Assembly: GCA_905178155.1 (NCBI GenBank)
Contig: CAJINV010000003.1
Span: 8,313,117 to 8,377,116, forward strand
Direction: 5' to 3'
DNA: 64,000 bases
Source: Amoebophrya sp. A120
Lineage: Eukaryota > Protista > Dinoflagellata
Below, one piece after another: positions 1 to 15,689 of the stretch. The position numbers and the translations under genes are program-made. The notes under the pieces were generated by a model. The model worked only from the letters and a program-made list of their open reading frames with translations, was not told the origin of the DNA and ran no database searches. Numbering within the stretch: the stretch's first letter is position 1; every line of letters starts with the position of its first letter.

Positions 1-37
1 TTGGTTTCACTTTTAGCATAACCAGATCCAGTAGCTC

Positions 38-3000
38 ATGGAAGCTTTCGCACGCGTAGCAGTGTCGTGCCGGCTGCGGCCGGCACTGGACCCGGACCTG
101 GCACTCGCACGGTGGGAACTGACGGACTCGAGTGTCATTTTGCCAACCCCGCAGAAAAGCATGAAAAAAGAGGATTTTGGACTTGTGCCCGCAAAAACCG
201 CCCCCAGCCGCGGGCATGCAGCGAGCACAAACAGATCTGGACCAATTATGGAGCGTACCTACTGTTAATTTTTCTTGTTTCATGTGATGTGAATGTTGTA
301 AATGTGTGAAATAGAAATACTATACTCATTCGTTCATAGCTTCAGTGGGAGCTGGGGTAGAAGATTTTACCTCTTTTTGGTGTCTGTGTTCCTTATTTGC
401 AGCCTCCAAACACGATGAAGACGTGGTCAACAACATGTTATATAAAAGACGGATCCGTATTCTCCAAAACAGATGTGACGGAGACGAAAATGGACCACGT
501 CTTCGGCGAGAAGATTAACACGAAGGATATCTACGAAACGGCGTACCGCCCGATCGTGGGCAAAGCGGTCCAAGGGCTGAACGGTTGCATATTGGCATAC
601 GGGCAAACCTCCTCAGGAAAGACATACTCGATGGTCGGTAACGACGAGAGCAAGGGTATTATCGAACACGCGTGCGAGGACGCGTTCCGTATGCTAGAGG
701 AATCCGGAAAGGTACCCGGCACCGGTGGAACACGCATTCGCTTCTCCTTGTGCGAGGTCTACATGGAAAAGTGCATAGACCTTCTGGCGCCGAGGACTCG
801 ATTCGACAATTCCCTTGCTGTCAAAGAATGTATACCTATACTTACAAGTCAGATTTTCTTTGTACGTCATAATAATGATGTCTTCTGATGCGGCGCTACC
901 GCATCATTTCACGTGCTAGCGCTTTGGCTTCGACAAGAACACCAGTGTCGTCGTTCGGTTTTCATTGTTACTCTATGACTATGTCTCTGTGCTGAAAACG
1001 CGAAAGACGAAGAGCCAATAAGCAAGCAGTCTCGTGTTTGCAGAGACACTTCGACTCTGTATTTGTTGACTACGTCTACTACTGCTTCAACTAAGTATCG
1101 ATGAGGACCATAAAACCTTCTCCTTGCTTGAACTTATTGTCGTCCCCTTTCAGGCCCTCCTCGTGGTTCGTCCGGGATGTCTGAATTTTACGTGGAGGGA
1201 CTCAGCGAGCACGATGCCTGGGAAGCGCGCGACGTTATGGAGAAAATTGCCTTTGCCGAGCGGAAGCGACGAAAGATCGCCCAAACTAAGTACAATGAGC
1301 AGAGCAGCCGAAGCCACACCGTGCTGACGCTCACAATTGAGGCGACAGACCAAGGAGAGATAAGTAGTAAGGGCACTACAAGTACATGCACAGCACTCTC
1401 GGTGGCCAACAACAAAGACAACGAGGATCTACATAGCGGCGGTGAGATAACAAAGGTCGGGAAGCTAGTGTTCGTAGATCTCGCCGGTAATGAGCGGCTG
1501 GACGAGAGCATGCAGTACCTGCAGGAGGGCAGCGCGATAAATTTGTCTCTGTTTTTCTTGAGCGAGTGCGTGAGCAAGCTCTCAGCTGCCGCTGGCATGA
1601 TAGAAGGGGGCGCATTTGCCGACGCGGACGAGGAGAGGCAACTCGGACTCAGTGCAGCCTGCGCAGGTACCTAAGTAATTTCAATTTGACACCTTATGGG
1701 GCTTACAATTAGAATCTTCTGTGGACGAAGCAGATCGCGGTCGTGCAAGTGTATTGATTTCAGGCTGGAGGTTCGAAAGTGGCCGATGCCGAGCGCAGGT
1801 ATCTTTTCCATGCATCAAGAATAGATCGACGTCAGTCGATGGATGCAATTCTGTATATTTCATAACAGATTTTTCTGAGCAGCTTCAGCGGTACAAGATA
1901 AAGCAAAAAAAGAAGAACGATGCCTCTTCAAACAGATGCAGCCTCGAGTCGCTACATCCCGTACCGAGATTCGAAATTGACCCGCATTCTTGCTGTGCAC
2001 CTCGGGCAGAACAGCCACACCGGGATTCTGGTGTGCCTACACCCCGCTGAGAAGTTCGTGGAGCAGAGTCTGTGTACGCTGCGGTTTGCGCAGAAGGCAA
2101 GCGAGGTGGTGTCGCGGGTCCGGCCCGTCTACCGTTCGAAAAACGAGGAGCTGCTGCAGAAACTTAGCATGAGGCCCATTGCCGCTGTGCCTCCGAATCT
2201 GCAGGAGGGCGGCGCTTTTTTCGCCAAAGTTCTAGGGCATGCTGGGGCAAGGCCAAAAGCCCGCACGCACACAGCCCTTGCCCGAATGGTTTCGCGCGCC
2301 TTTGCGGGAGCGGGTGTCGGTCACTGTACCTGGCCGGCGGCCGCCCTTTGCCAGAGTGCGCGCGGAGCGGTCCCTATGACGGCCGGAAGCTGCCTGCTGC
2401 GAGGACGGGCGGGGCGCCTTGCTCGCCGAGGTGCATCACCAAGAGCGCGCGCCCACGGCCTTCTCGCCTCGGGCCGACCACGGGTCTCAGAGTTATGGCC
2501 AGCAACGAGCCCCCGTCCGGCGACGATACATGAGAGAGCAGCGACCACACTAGTCGCAAACCCAGCGCGGAAAACCTGTGGGGACCCGCCCCGGGTGGGG
2601 TATGCAACAGGCCTGGCGACCTGCCGCGGCGTCGGCCTTTGCGCATGACCCTCCGGTGAATCAGTGGGCGCACGGCTTCTGCTGGGCCGCTGATTTTACG
2701 AAGGGCGGGCGGGGGGCCCTTTCCCACGAGGAGGCCCGTCGCCCGGTGCAGCATGCGGCCACGGCAGCCGCCTTTTTCGCCTAGCCGGCGGCACGGCAGC
2801 AAGGAAAGAACCTCACCCGGCGAGCGTCGGCACGGAAAAAGCTATGGCCGTTCCGCCACCCCCTTGGCCCGGCCAGCTTCGCACTTTGCCGCCGAAGAAA
2901 GTGCCGTGGCCCCGCGGCTGGGTCGGAAGGTCGGCCGCCACTTGGCATGGCAGTGGGGCGCTCCACAAGGCGGCGCGCCGCCGGTTTCTGGGCCTGCACG

Positions 3001-6000
3001 GCAAGGGGGCGGGGGCGGGGTGTTGCCGGCATGCATCAGGGGAACGTGGCGGGCGCCCCCCCGCCGCGGCGGGAATATTGCCCGCCTTGGCTCTAACTAC
3101 CGTTCGAAAAACGAGGAGCTGCTGCAAAAGATAAAATTGCCCGCTCGGGGCACAGCTCCCCCACCGGCCTTGTGGGTGTGCTTGGGTGGAGGCGGCGGCC
3201 GTTTCAACATCCCCCGCCGGCCCGGCCAGGTTCCGGGTGCGCCTGTATCCAAGGTCTTAGCCCGCGGCCGGCCCCGGGCTTCCGTGTGTGTTCCCGCAAG
3301 GCTTCGCGGTATGGAAGCTTTGGTTGTTGACCTTCCCAGGGTCGGGTCGATGCTTGTTCACCGGGCAAAAGCCAAGGCGCCGGCGAGCCATCGGCCCGAC
3401 TCGGCCTGTAGTTCAAAGCGCAGGCAATGCTAATGCGCGAAAGTGCTGGAAAGGGGCCACGCCCACGCGCAAGGGGGCGACGTTGCTAATTCACTGCCCT
3501 CCCACCGCGCCCGCCATCAAAAGCAAGGGCAGACATCAGCGGCGCCGGCTGCGGCCCGCTCCAACATTGACTGCATGCCGGCGCGGCGGCGGCCGGCGCC
3601 GTCCGGCTTGGGCGCGTGTGTTCTTTATCGCCAACAAGCTGGCGGGCGGCCAGCGAGCGCCTTCGGGCTGTGCCCGCGCACGTTCCTTCGTGCGGATTTT
3701 CGATGCTACCGCGAGGCGTCGCGATGTTGCGTTTCTGGGTCCCAAGCACCAGAAAGCACGCTTTTAGCACGTTCCGCAGGGTTCCGTTTTTGTACTTTGT
3801 CCCACCATACTGTCTACCGTTCGAAAAACGAGGAGCTGCTGCAGAAACTGCGAAAGCGGGTGCGGACGCTGGAAGACGAGCTCGAGGATGCGCGCGCAGA
3901 GCGGCTGCAGACCACGGAGAGTGGGCAGATCGTGTCGGGATCCAAAGAAACCGACCGCATTGTGCTCGCGCTCAACCAGGCAAACACAAACTACAAAATC
4001 GTGCTGACCCGGTACCGTAACTTCTTGCGGCAGCTCGAGCAGGACATGGCGAAGCGCAGCGATGACCTGGGGGGCGAAGAAGCAGGAGAGGGTGGCCAGC
4101 ACGCGACGAACAACAACAAGCAAGCTCTGGGCACGAAGTTTAGCGATCTGGCTGCGCTTGAGCGCGTGTGGAAGCGGTTTCAGGACCTGATGCAGGCTTT
4201 CGATAAGATCTCGGACTGTTCCCAAGGCGTGCGCCAGCTCGCCGGGGACGCGGCCAGGAAGCTTGCGCTCAGCAGCACTGCCCAGTCCGGCCAACATCCC
4301 GCTGCGAACTACGGCTGCTCTACCACTTCTGCTTCTCAACAAAGCACAATTGGAACCACTCCGAAAAATATTAACCTGTTGACCACGCCTGGGCTACTTG
4401 CAAGGAAGGATAGTCAACAACAACAAGATTCCGCTCGTGAAGATTCCGCGGACGTGACGAATGCGCGCCTCAACCGGCGCATCTTAGAGCTCGAAGCGCA
4501 GTTGCGCGGCGAGCATCGGCAGATGACAGGAAGCGCGGAGAGCTCCCCAGCGAAGTGGAGCCAAGCGTCTTCCCAAGTCGTCGGTACAAGTAGTGGCGTC
4601 CAGCACGCAGCGCCGGCCGCTGCGTCGTCTTCCACCTTCGCCAAGTTGGCCACGATGAATAATAGCTCGACCATATTGAGAGGAAAAATTCCCCCTCCCC
4701 ATATTGAAAAGGTATGTTTCCAAAAATTTGCGTTGCAGATTTGAGGCCACAAATCATATCTGTGTTGCAAGAAGACAAGGGCAGAAGCTTCCGCCCCATT
4801 ATGGAGGCGATTTGTCATGCTGTTGGGCCTAAAGGGGGTCCGTTTCCCATGCTGAACTGCTAGACCCGTACGCCACTACCCAGCCTGGGGATCTGGCCGC
4901 AGTGCCTCTCTGCAATACAAAGCTGATTTGTGGCCGCAAATCAGCATCACAAATTCGGCGAGATCAGCATCGCAAATTTTCGTTTTGATATGGGGAGGGG
5001 GGATGTTTCATTTTGATAGACCACGACCTCCTCGTCCCTGCGCACCACGCCCACATCTACGTTGCAGGCGCCCGGTTCCGCGGCCACCTCTCAAATGCAT
5101 GACCTCAAGGTGCAGAACATGCAGTTGCGGTCTCTAAACAAATACCTCTCGGGAGAGAAGGACCGCTGGAAGAGTGAAACGGAAACGGCAAAGACCGAGG
5201 TGGCTACTTTGCAAGCGCGCTCGTCTGAACTGCAGACCAAGCTGCGCCTCGCAGAAACTGCCTTAATATCGGAAGCACGCCAGGCCCAGAGCGGTCAGTC
5301 CAGCAGCACTTCCCGTGATGTGTCAACAACAGCATTGAACGTCGTAGACGAGGACCACGGACGGCAGGCTGGTGAGACTAGAACACGCACAAGCTCTTCC
5401 TTCGATGAGACGATGAAGGTCGAGGATCCGTTTCTTGCGTCTCCTGCAAAAACAGATAAGAATGTTCCAATGAAGAATTCGGACTTCAGCGACGCGCATT
5501 ACTTTTCCGGCAGAGTGCAGCAGTTGCTGGACCGCCAGCAAATGGAGAAAAAACGTGGTCCCACCTCTGCAGCAGGGTTCTCCTCGAACACGGCAGGAAC
5601 ATTTTTGCCAGACCGCAGCGAGGAAGATGATCAACAACAGTTGGATCATCGGGCGGAGCAAAATCGAAATGCAGCTTCCTTGTTCTGGAAGGAAGGCAAT
5701 CAGTTGGCTGCGTATGCGTCCAAGCAGCAGGCCATTGTCGACAAGCAGCGCGAAGAAATCGCAGTGCTGCGTTTGGAGCGGGAGAAGCTGGAACAGGACT
5801 TGCAGGAAAAGCACGTGGAGAGTAGTGAAATGCGCGAAAAATTGGGATCAGTAATGGCAGCGCGGCGCGACGCGGACCGGAACTACGCTCAGGCACAGAA
5901 GATGGTTTCTGATCTCGAGTCTCAACTGGCGCAGCAGCAGCGGGAATTCGACGAGAGCATGTGGATGAAGGGGGCGACGCTGCAGCTTGCAAAGGGGCTC

Positions 6001-7547
6001 AGTAGCACGGAGAGAGCAGCTGCGAGCACGAGCGGTGGTCACAACAACTCAACTGCGCATGGGGGCGCAAAGAATAAAGCTGGCCGGAGTAGTGCCTCCT
6101 CATCGACGACGGGTTCAACTTCGGGGGGCTCTTCTGCGTCCTCGTCGTCGGCCACCACGAGCGGCTCCAGTGCCTTGGTAAACGAGTCGCTGCAGAAGAA
6201 AAACGCTGAGCTTCTGCAGAGGGCCGAGGTGCTGCAGCAATCCGAGAAGAAGTCGCAGGAGCTCATGGCGCAGTTGCAGCGACGAATAGAGCAAGGAGCA
6301 AACACGATCAAGGCGAAGGACGGCGAGCTTGCGCGGTTTCGGCAAGAGTTGGCCGAACTCAGGAAAGCCTTGGTTCTGGCTCGCAAAAACGGGGATGAGC
6401 CTACCACCCGTGGCGGGCCCTCGCCTTTTCCGACGACGGCAACACTGAAAAAGTCTTACAATGTAGGTCAAGGTACTAGTAGCACAACAACTCCAGCCGG
6501 CGGAGGTGTGCTTGGTGGCCCTTCTGGTGCGACGTCAAACTACAGCAGCGCAGTAGTACGAGGACCGCAGGATTATTTGGGCAAGAAAGGACCTGACAGA
6601 ACTGATCCCGCGCTGGACGCGATGATGGAGTCGTGTGGGGGAGCGACGAAGTTGTCGCAGGAAAATTCTTTTCAAAATGAAAGTGCGAATTCGCGGCGCC
6701 CCTCTTCCGTGTCCTCCACGTCAGAAAACAGCGGACGACACCAGGCGCGGACGGGGGAAGCCTTCCGCAACGTAGGAGCGCAAGTGATGCTGAGCACAAA
6801 CAATCCACCCCGGGGCGTAGGACCAACGTCCTCGAGGAGACGCGGTGGAAATAATGCGAGCACAATTCTAGCCGGCGAGCCTACAGGCCAGAACTCGGGG
6901 GCTCCGCTTGTCCCATTGCAGAATACGAAGGTGCGCAGCTACAACTTCCCGTCATCCACAGCGACAAAGACAAGAACGACCGTGCTGCTGCTTTTTGCTG
7001 CGCAGTTTCTGCATGTTGACAATAATTGTAGTCCCGATCACGATCAGGATCATTTTGGCATGCAAACGGTGCCAAGAAGCAAAGTATGTTGACTTCTGTA
7101 CTATTCTGTCGATGAGGAGGAGGGGGAGTTGTTTGATATGCACTCGGATACACAACATCAACTACCTGTACTCAGAAAACGAAGCTCCTTCCCGCTCACT
7201 GGCTGCGAGTTGCCGCCGGGGTGGTATTATGCAATGCGAGTAATGTCTGAGTCTACGTCCTCTGAACAGGTGAAGCTTGTAAATGCAAATTGTAGATGAC
7301 AGAGACAAAAACTTGTGGTGCAAAAACACCAAGACCAACAAAGGGATTTTGGCACAACTTTGAATGTGCTTCTACGTGCATTCCAGACCATCTGGGTCAT
7401 CCAAAAGATGCATCACATTCATACAGTGCCAGTGGCCTCAGACATGTTTGCAATTGATACGCGGCATCGAACCTCCAAGCGCGGGTGCCGGCGTCGCGGT
7501 ACCCTCCGCATCCACCAATACAACGAGCGCAGGAACTTCCGGTCTAA
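38..7547 (+). CDS. Kinesin motor protein (N-terminal motor, kinesin-7/CENP-E-like P-loop) with long coiled-coil tail; multi-exon
   Basis: Motifs VAVSCRLRP, DHVF, AYGQTSSGKT (P-loop), NEQSSRSH (switch I), VDLAGNER (switch II, S>N), IPYRDSKLT, TLRFA. In-frame GT-AG introns at 255-472, 830-1153, 1667-1935 and probably 6931-7175. Non-canonical interruptions at 2165-3849, 4674-5023 and 7225-7464. The 3' end (stop 7545-7547) is less certain. Confidence 0.9.
2127..3849 (+). repeat. Three direct copies of a kinesin exon segment (YRSKNEELLQK) separated by GC-rich inserts
   Basis: GTCTACCGTTCGAAAAACGAGGAGCTGCTGCAGAAACT is identical at 2127-2164 and 3812-3849; a 30-bp core recurs at 3097-3126. Removing 1685 bp joins ORF 1920 to ORF 3443 in frame. 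Confidence 0.9.
4674..5018 (+). mobile_element. Introner-like non-canonical intron, family B, in kinesin
   Basis: TAT...ATA ends with long imperfect TIR (CCCCTCCCCATA/TATGGGGAGGGG; GGCCACAAATCA/TGATTTGTGGCC). TSD GACCA at 4669-4673 and 5019-5023. Removing 350 nt joins ORF 3443 to ORF 5062 in frame. Confidence 0.9.
7225..7459 (+). mobile_element. Degenerate introner, family A, in the kinesin 3' end
   Basis: Right end CAGACATGTTTGCAATTGATA matches family A ends (compare 35391-35410). Left end TATTATGCAATGCGAGTAATGTCTGAG. TSD eroded (GGTGG/CGCGG). Removing 240 nt preserves frame. Confidence 0.65.
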
Positions 7548-8514
7548 CAAATGTGATGGTGTTGCCGTCTATGCAATGTAAATTTTCCGTACATGTACAA
7601 AATGCATGACAAATTTCGCTAACTTGCAGTGCCCAACTCGTCATGCAGAGACTGCGTGTGTACGTGTACGGGAAATTTACTGTGGATATCGTCCCCGTCC
7701 GTTGGTATTGTCCAAGGAAATAAATTCGAGTAAGAATCAGGGAGAGGTGCAAGCCTGCACGTGCGTGCATCTACTCCTCACTGTCACTTCTACCGGTTTG
7801 CCTTTGCTCGTCGTGTCCTGTAGATTTTGTTTTTGATTTTGTTTTTCTGCCCCGATGAGTAAGAGGTGGTGTCAACCCTAGTTCTTAGCAACCTGATGAA
7901 CTATCACTTACATTTGGTTTTTATTGTGTAATGCTCGCAGCGCGCCCTAGATTCGACCGATAGATAGAATGAATGCAAAGCGGTCGCTGAGTTAGAGCTA
8001 CCTTTGCTGATGCATGATGTTGATGTTGTGATTTTGGTTTTGTACCCGAACAAACTCGATAAATTTTGAGCCGAAGCAACACGACCCGGTCAATCAAACG
8101 CGTACTTTCACTCCGCATCTTCAGATGTTTATCTATGTGTTTTAGGCGACGCGACGGTACACACAGTCAGGCAACGCAGTCTTTTGTAGAGGAAGGTGAG
8201 AAGTCCTGCGCTCGAGTCATGGTATGGGGGTGCGCACCACGATATGCCTACATGTTTTGGCTTTTGTAAATTACCGCCGATCAATAATCAAAGAAGCGAG
8301 AGCCGAACGAGCGCAGGGTCACAGGGACGCTGAGCGAGCGCATGTGTCGGTCGTGTAAGTACTAGATGAGTTCTCAATCCTCGAAAGATGACCTTCTCCA
8401 GTGCGACGTGTTCGGACGGTGCCCCCTCGTCAATATCATGAGCTAGCGGACCATCCATTTTCGGTAAGAACTTTGAGGCGTGCGATTATACTGGATGTAC
8501 GGAGACGAACTCCC

Positions 8515-9069
8515 ATGGCAACCTCACTGGCGGCCGACGCCGAAGCGGCACCCGGGCCACCCGAGGACATACACGCCCGGGCTTTTCCCTCGTGGCAGAA
8601 AAAGCCAAGTGGTGGAGGAACAGGGACAGATGCTGCATCGTCATCAAGTTGCAACAACCCGCAGGAGAGGATGCCGGAGGAGATTGGCCTTCTGCAAGCG
8701 CGCCGCGAGGGGTACCTGCACAAGCGCGCCGGGTGGTTTCGCTGGACCGTCCGTTACTTTCGACTGCTACGCGGGGAGCTGTGCTGGTGGCGCCCATCAT
8801 TTACGGAGCAGCTGCGGCTGCAACGACCGAAGAACCTCGACCCTGCTGCCATCGTGCGTTGCTTCACGCTTGCGGAGGACCTGCTCGAGGTGAAGCTCCT
8901 TCCGCCGCGCTTTCCATTCACCACCAGGCTCGTTTTGCGATTTCGGTGCGGATACAAGCTTGAATTGCGCGCGGAACGCGAACCCGCGATCCGAGATTGG
9001 TACGACAAAATCAAACTGTACGTCCAAGTGCCAACAGAGGAGGACGTCGTAGACCAGTTGGCGACATAG
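8515..9069 (+). CDS. PH-domain protein
   Basis: REGYLHKRAGWFRWTVRYFRL...ELCWW and C-terminal LELRAE...IRDWYDKI helix are typical of PH domains. ATG at 8515 within ORF 8401-9069. Confidence 0.8.
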   Translation: MATSLAADAEAAPGPPEDIHARAFPSWQKKPSGGGTGTDAASSSSCNNPQERMPEEIGLLQARREGYLHKRAGWFRWTVRYFRLLRGELCWWRPSFTEQLRLQRPKNLDPAAIVRCFTLAEDLLEVKLLPPRFPFTTRLVLRFRCGYKLELRAEREPAIRDWYDKIKLYVQVPTEEDVVDQLAT

Positions 9070-9774
9070 ATACAAGAATTGAGTGCAGTTCTTCTACCAG
9101 CGCAACCCTGGGGATTAAGAGAAGTGCCATTAAAAACCGAGGCTGGGGCAGGCGTTCCACCACGTGGAGATCACAGGCAACTGCCTTCTGTGCCCGATGC
9201 GCGCAATTGATATTGATATCAAATCGATTTCCAAATAAAGTATTTTTGCAAGTTCTGGAAGGTCATGGTCAAGATCCCCTTGTTGCAGCGATCATGGTTA
9301 CTGCTTTACAAGTATCTTGCCCCGGACAATTAAATTGACAATTCCAACTGGAAATACAGGAACGGAAGCACGCATTAGCATTACCACCCAAGATACCGTG
9401 CGAAGGCGCACGGCAATTATGAGGTTTTGCAAAAAGAATTTAAATGTGCCAAAGGGGGCACTTGTACGGCTACGGATACCCGTGCCTGGACCTGGGAGCC
9501 GCTCCTTCCCACGCACGGTATACGCAAACTCGGACGTAGACGTAGTTCTTGCTCCCCCCGTTCACCGGACCAATACGAAAAAGTAGAGTGCTATACCAAA
9601 TGTCGACGAATTTTTTTGTTCGTAGTACTGTATAAGCTAACGAAGGGGTCGTAGATGTAGATGTACGAGCAGCCAGTATTGCAGTCACAACTGAGAAGGG
9701 AAGGTAATGTAGGAAACTGAGGGGCCGGCAGAGCTGTTGGCGTCGGCAGAACTGTTTCACCTCAGTGAGCTTGA

Positions 9775-11159
9775 TGAAAGAACTTATGGCACCAGCGGCC
9801 ACAGCACAGAACGCTTCTGCTGAGCTGCTGTGCAGCGCGACATCGCTGGCTGTTTGCGTGGGTTGCGGCGCAATGCGGCCTCGCCATCGCTGCAGCGGCT
9901 GCAGAAAGGCACGCTATTGCTCTCGCGAGTGCCAGCTGCGGGACTGGAAGCGCGGCCACTCCCGTGAGTGTAGTAGAAACACGTATAATTCTTTAAAGCT
10001 AACGAGTTTCGCAATAAATAATAAATAGGCTTCCTTTTCTTTCGCCAAAAAACGCAGTCTTGCGTGTAACCTACACGCTTTATAAAGTTTTTCTCATGAA
10101 AACTTCTCAACAGCTTCTCAACAACTTCTTCACAAATATCGCTACGAACATCCGACCAGCTTCGCTAATTTTTAAAGGCGTCATGCAATTAAGGGGTTAT
10201 ACGAGGAATGTTCGTGACGCCTCCAAAAGATCACTTGCAGGAGACCGAAAGCTTTCAGCGGTAAGGCGCGGCCGAAGTATGCACAGCCAAACTTATTCGC
10301 GACTGCGCACGCGGCCACGAATCGAGACTCAAGAAACCCTTGAGGCATCGCCTGCGGGCTGGTAGAGAAATTGGCGCGCCCACAATTCAAATCCGCATCA
10401 ATTCCCCGAACAAACCCAGTCGCCGACTCCCGGCCGCCAACTTCTCAGCAGCGGGCTGGGAAGTTGGTGAAAAGGTTGGGGAGAGGTTGGTGGGAAGTTG
10501 GTTAGAAATACGCGAGAAGCTCAAGCTGGTGAGAAGTTGGTGAGATGTTCGATGCAGAAAAAAGCGGGATCTATACGAGTACGATACTTTTGCACAGGAT
10601 ATGCCAGCTGCGGGACTGGAAGCGCGGCCACTCCCGTGAGTGTAGTAGAAACCTTTGCGGTAGTACGGGGACGTTGGAGCTGCGGGAACGATCTGATAGC
10701 TGTCGCACCACGAATGTAGTACGCAGAACGCAAGATGAGCGCGCGAGTAGTCGTGACCCTCCTGGCGCCGATTCGGCAAGCTCGTATGCAGTGGAGCGAG
10801 AGGAAGCTTGGAAAATGATGGAGCGTCTGGTGGCGGCGCAGGAAGAAGGCGATGTTGCGGGCAATAAAATTCGCACGGACGCCGATGTCTATGTTGCGGA
10901 GACGCTGAAACATGCACAGGAGGAGCATTTGGGCAGAAAAAAGACCAAGAAGGTGGAACTTGAGCTACCACGACACAAAGGCGGAAGGCATGCGGATGAT
11001 AATTGTGCGACGGCAGAGCATCAGCATTGCGATTCGCCCAGTAACATTCTCGACGAAATTGGAGACGCCAGCGATCTCAGTAGCGAAATGTCACCTGGAG
11101 GCGATCTGCTTCCATTCTCCCCTGTCCCATCATCAGATGAAGAGAAGGCAGTCTTTTGA
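9775..11159 (+). CDS. MYND-type zinc finger protein, two exons
   Basis: CVGC..RCSGCRKARYCSRECQLRDWKRGHSREC matches the MYND consensus. Removing 672 bp between two 51-bp direct repeats joins ORF 9765 to ORF 10545. Confidence 0.85.
9930..10652 (+). repeat. 51-bp perfect exon duplication flanking a composite insertion
   Basis: 9930-9980 is identical to 10602-10652. The insert ends in a family C TIR (TACGATACTTTTGCACAGGATA, to 10601) and carries inverted CTTCTCAAC / GGTGAGAAG-type repeats. Confidence 0.9.
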
Positions 11160-11944
11160 AAAGACGCGACCACAACTTGTTGCCCATTGAAACTTTTGAA
11201 ACTTCTACCTATAATGCGGTCCTCCTTTTTGCCACTTGATGCAAGACATTCTTCCGCGCGTCGTCGTGTCGTCAGTCACTTACTTACCACACTAGTGTAG
11301 ACACCACGTCCATAGCTGTTGTGTACTCGTATCATTCATCGGTGCCGCTCAAATTAATTGAAACTTGTTATGACTGTGAGCGTCGAGGATTAAAAGTTCA
11401 ACAGCCAAGTCAAGGTTGTCTGTAATGATGCCTAATGGGCTATTTTGCTTCTGTCTTCCAAAAATACGGTCAACAAAGGTCGGTATGTCATGGTGTAAAA
11501 AATCTTTTTTATCATTGTTAGCTCCTTCTCCAAATCCAGATCGACTGAAGTGCATCGATTGCACCGACTACAAGCTATCGGTTCCGCTGCTTTCGATATG
11601 TATGCATTGGCTCCATTAATAAAATCTCGAACCGTTCCACGCTCTAGTACACCATGAACGCCGGAAAAACTAAAACTGCACCTTCCCGAATCCGGTCAAG
11701 TGAAAAATATTTGCGCTATATTCATACATGAGCTTTTTCGTAGAGGTGGTGGATGATGTTGATGACTTCGTACAATTCTTGCACACAGGATTCGACCTTG
11801 AACAGAACACAGTCGTAATCAAGCCTGTGCCCATCCTTTATTTGGCTTCCAAGTAATGGCTCTATGTTAAATTTACTTTTATTTCTCCGAAGAAAAAAAG
11901 AAAGGGAAAAGGTGGCTTACCCAGTCGCCAGTAACAAGTACTGA

Positions 11945-14380
<2,436 letters not shown>

Positions 14381-15689
14381 TTAACTATCTCCTACCCTAC
14401 GAGATGAAAGCGGCTGTTTCCTTCGAGAAAGCGGAGGCACCAAGGACACCGTAACGGATACTGCGTCATTATCGTTGGCACGACAGCGACAGCGTTTCCG
14501 TTTCGCTCTCTTAGGGGAAAGATAGACTTGGAGCATATCACTAGTCAGGGGAAGCGAACAGACAGAGCTGCTTCTTTGCGCTCGATTCCTGCAGGTAGAT
14601 GGCGCGCTGCCGCAGAAAGCTGTAGGTTACAATCGCAGGCTCGACCGTTCGGTCTTCAGTGACACAATGTAGGATTTACGCTGTATCAAAGCAATCGAAG
14701 TTTCTGCTCTATGTCGGATTTGCCGTTCTTAGGAAGTCGAAGTGCGCATGTGCAGCGAAAATCTAGCTGGCAGTTGTCAGCTTATTTTATCGTCTGCATG
14801 TCATGGTCATCGACTACAAATAAAGAGCTCAGTCATAGATGAAAGCAGTTGTCGGTTTGACTTGACTCTCGATCCTGACGAATTCCGTATTTGCTCCTAA
14901 GAAACAAAGGCATAGGTAGTCTTCGTACCATAAATACACGGAACGTAAATAGGAGAACAGCCATGCACCGTGTTGCGCCACATCCACGACGCGAAGAGGA
15001 AGAGTGTTCCGGTGCTGAATACAACTGTTAGTCGCATGATTTTGATAGCGTTTGGTTCAGCTGTTTGGCTTTGCTGACGTCACGACTAGCATTTATCGAC
15101 TTGAGGCCACAGCTCCTTGCTTCCATTGCATGGAAGTAAAGATTTCCGAGGGACAGAAGAATTGACACGATCCGCTACATATAACAGCAAGGAACTGAGA
15201 AAATCAAGCACAGAGGATCCGATCACAGCTAGATCCTTGTTATTAGGTGAAATTCACTGACAAACGCCAGGCGATCCGTCCTTATTTCTGATATTGTCCT
15301 AATATGCGTCACAATCACATCAATTATACGCCAATGATCATCCAGGCCCTCCCACAAGTGAATCGCCACATGTTTTGCGCTCACTATTTGTTCCATTTTG
15401 GTTTTTTGCGCGTTCTCTTGTGAAGATCTATTTTTGTACGACCACGACAATTCGCGAACGTCGATTCATTTGCGCCGTGTTTTTTCCACGCCTTGCGAAT
15501 TGTAGCACTGTGAAGAAGTATATTTTTTACATTCTGGGTAATTGACTTCATTAGTGGTCATCCGATCGCGTTTCATTTTTCCGTATTCGCGGTCCATTGT
15601 CACAATTCGATTTCCCTCCGTGGTCTATAGGTGAACAGAGAGTTACCGCAGAGTTTCGACTGTAACACTGTTAGGCTCGAGTTACCAAG

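Noticed and set aside
229-474. First kinesin intron as a direct-repeat (AAACAGAT) element
   Set aside because: Repeat-to-repeat removal (238 nt) is out of frame, whereas the GT-AG intron 255-472 is in frame.
2127-3849. CRISPR-like array (38-bp repeat, three copies)
   Set aside because: The spacers are 0.7-0.9 kb, the repeat is kinesin coding sequence, the context is eukaryotic and there are no cas genes.
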